From contig JAQFVV010000005.1 in NCBI GenBank assembly GCA_028023455.1, forward strand, positions 10,850,001-10,914,000: a DNA stretch of 64,000 bases, written 5' to 3'. Shown piece after piece: positions 63,901 through 64,000 of the stretch (positions within the stretch are counted from its first letter, which is position 1; each line of letters opens with the position of its first letter). The notes under the pieces were generated by a model, which did not search any database, was not told the DNA's origin, and saw nothing but the letters and a program-made list of their open reading frames with translations. The stretch is from Epiperipatus broadwayi (Eukaryota; Animalia; Onychophora). Position numbers and translations under genes: made by a program.

Positions 63901-64000
63901 AATTATGGTATCATCATTGATAAATATGACACCTCTCATGTGGGCTTATGTTCTATCAGTAATGAAGTAGGATCTCTATTTCTAGTGAAGTGTGAGACCT

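Overview
Very AT-rich eukaryotic (animal) genomic DNA with one 500-N assembly gap. It is probably arthropod, and the LINE types suggest an arachnid (inference). The only intact protein-coding gene I can support is a single-ORF, minus-strand C2H2 zinc-finger gene with 19 fingers (26578-28338). A decayed paralogue lies at about 43085-44420. Most of the rest is decayed retroelements: an SGNH-esterase-ORF1 LINE, RTE-clade LINE pieces, a Ty3/gypsy RT-RNaseH fragment, a Penelope-like (PLE) RT remnant and a MITE. The standout signal is non-coding: at least three distinct families of minimal type-I hammerhead ribozymes (HHR) with palindromic helix III. (i) A ~454-bp repeat family has several copies; one has a tandem HHR pair, a 13-bp TSD and a 5' inversion (40291-40947). 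(ii) A near-perfect 240-bp inverted repeat carries two canonical HHRs pointing outwards (49458-49994). (iii) A lone degenerate HHR lies at 31805-31861. Helix sequences differ between families while base pairing is kept. This fits PLE pseudo-LTRs or non-LTR retrozymes mobilised in trans by a PLE RT, and a remnant of such an RT lies at 55624-57060. No rRNA, intact tRNA or CRISPR array was seen. All motif calls were made by eye; no database search or folding program was run.
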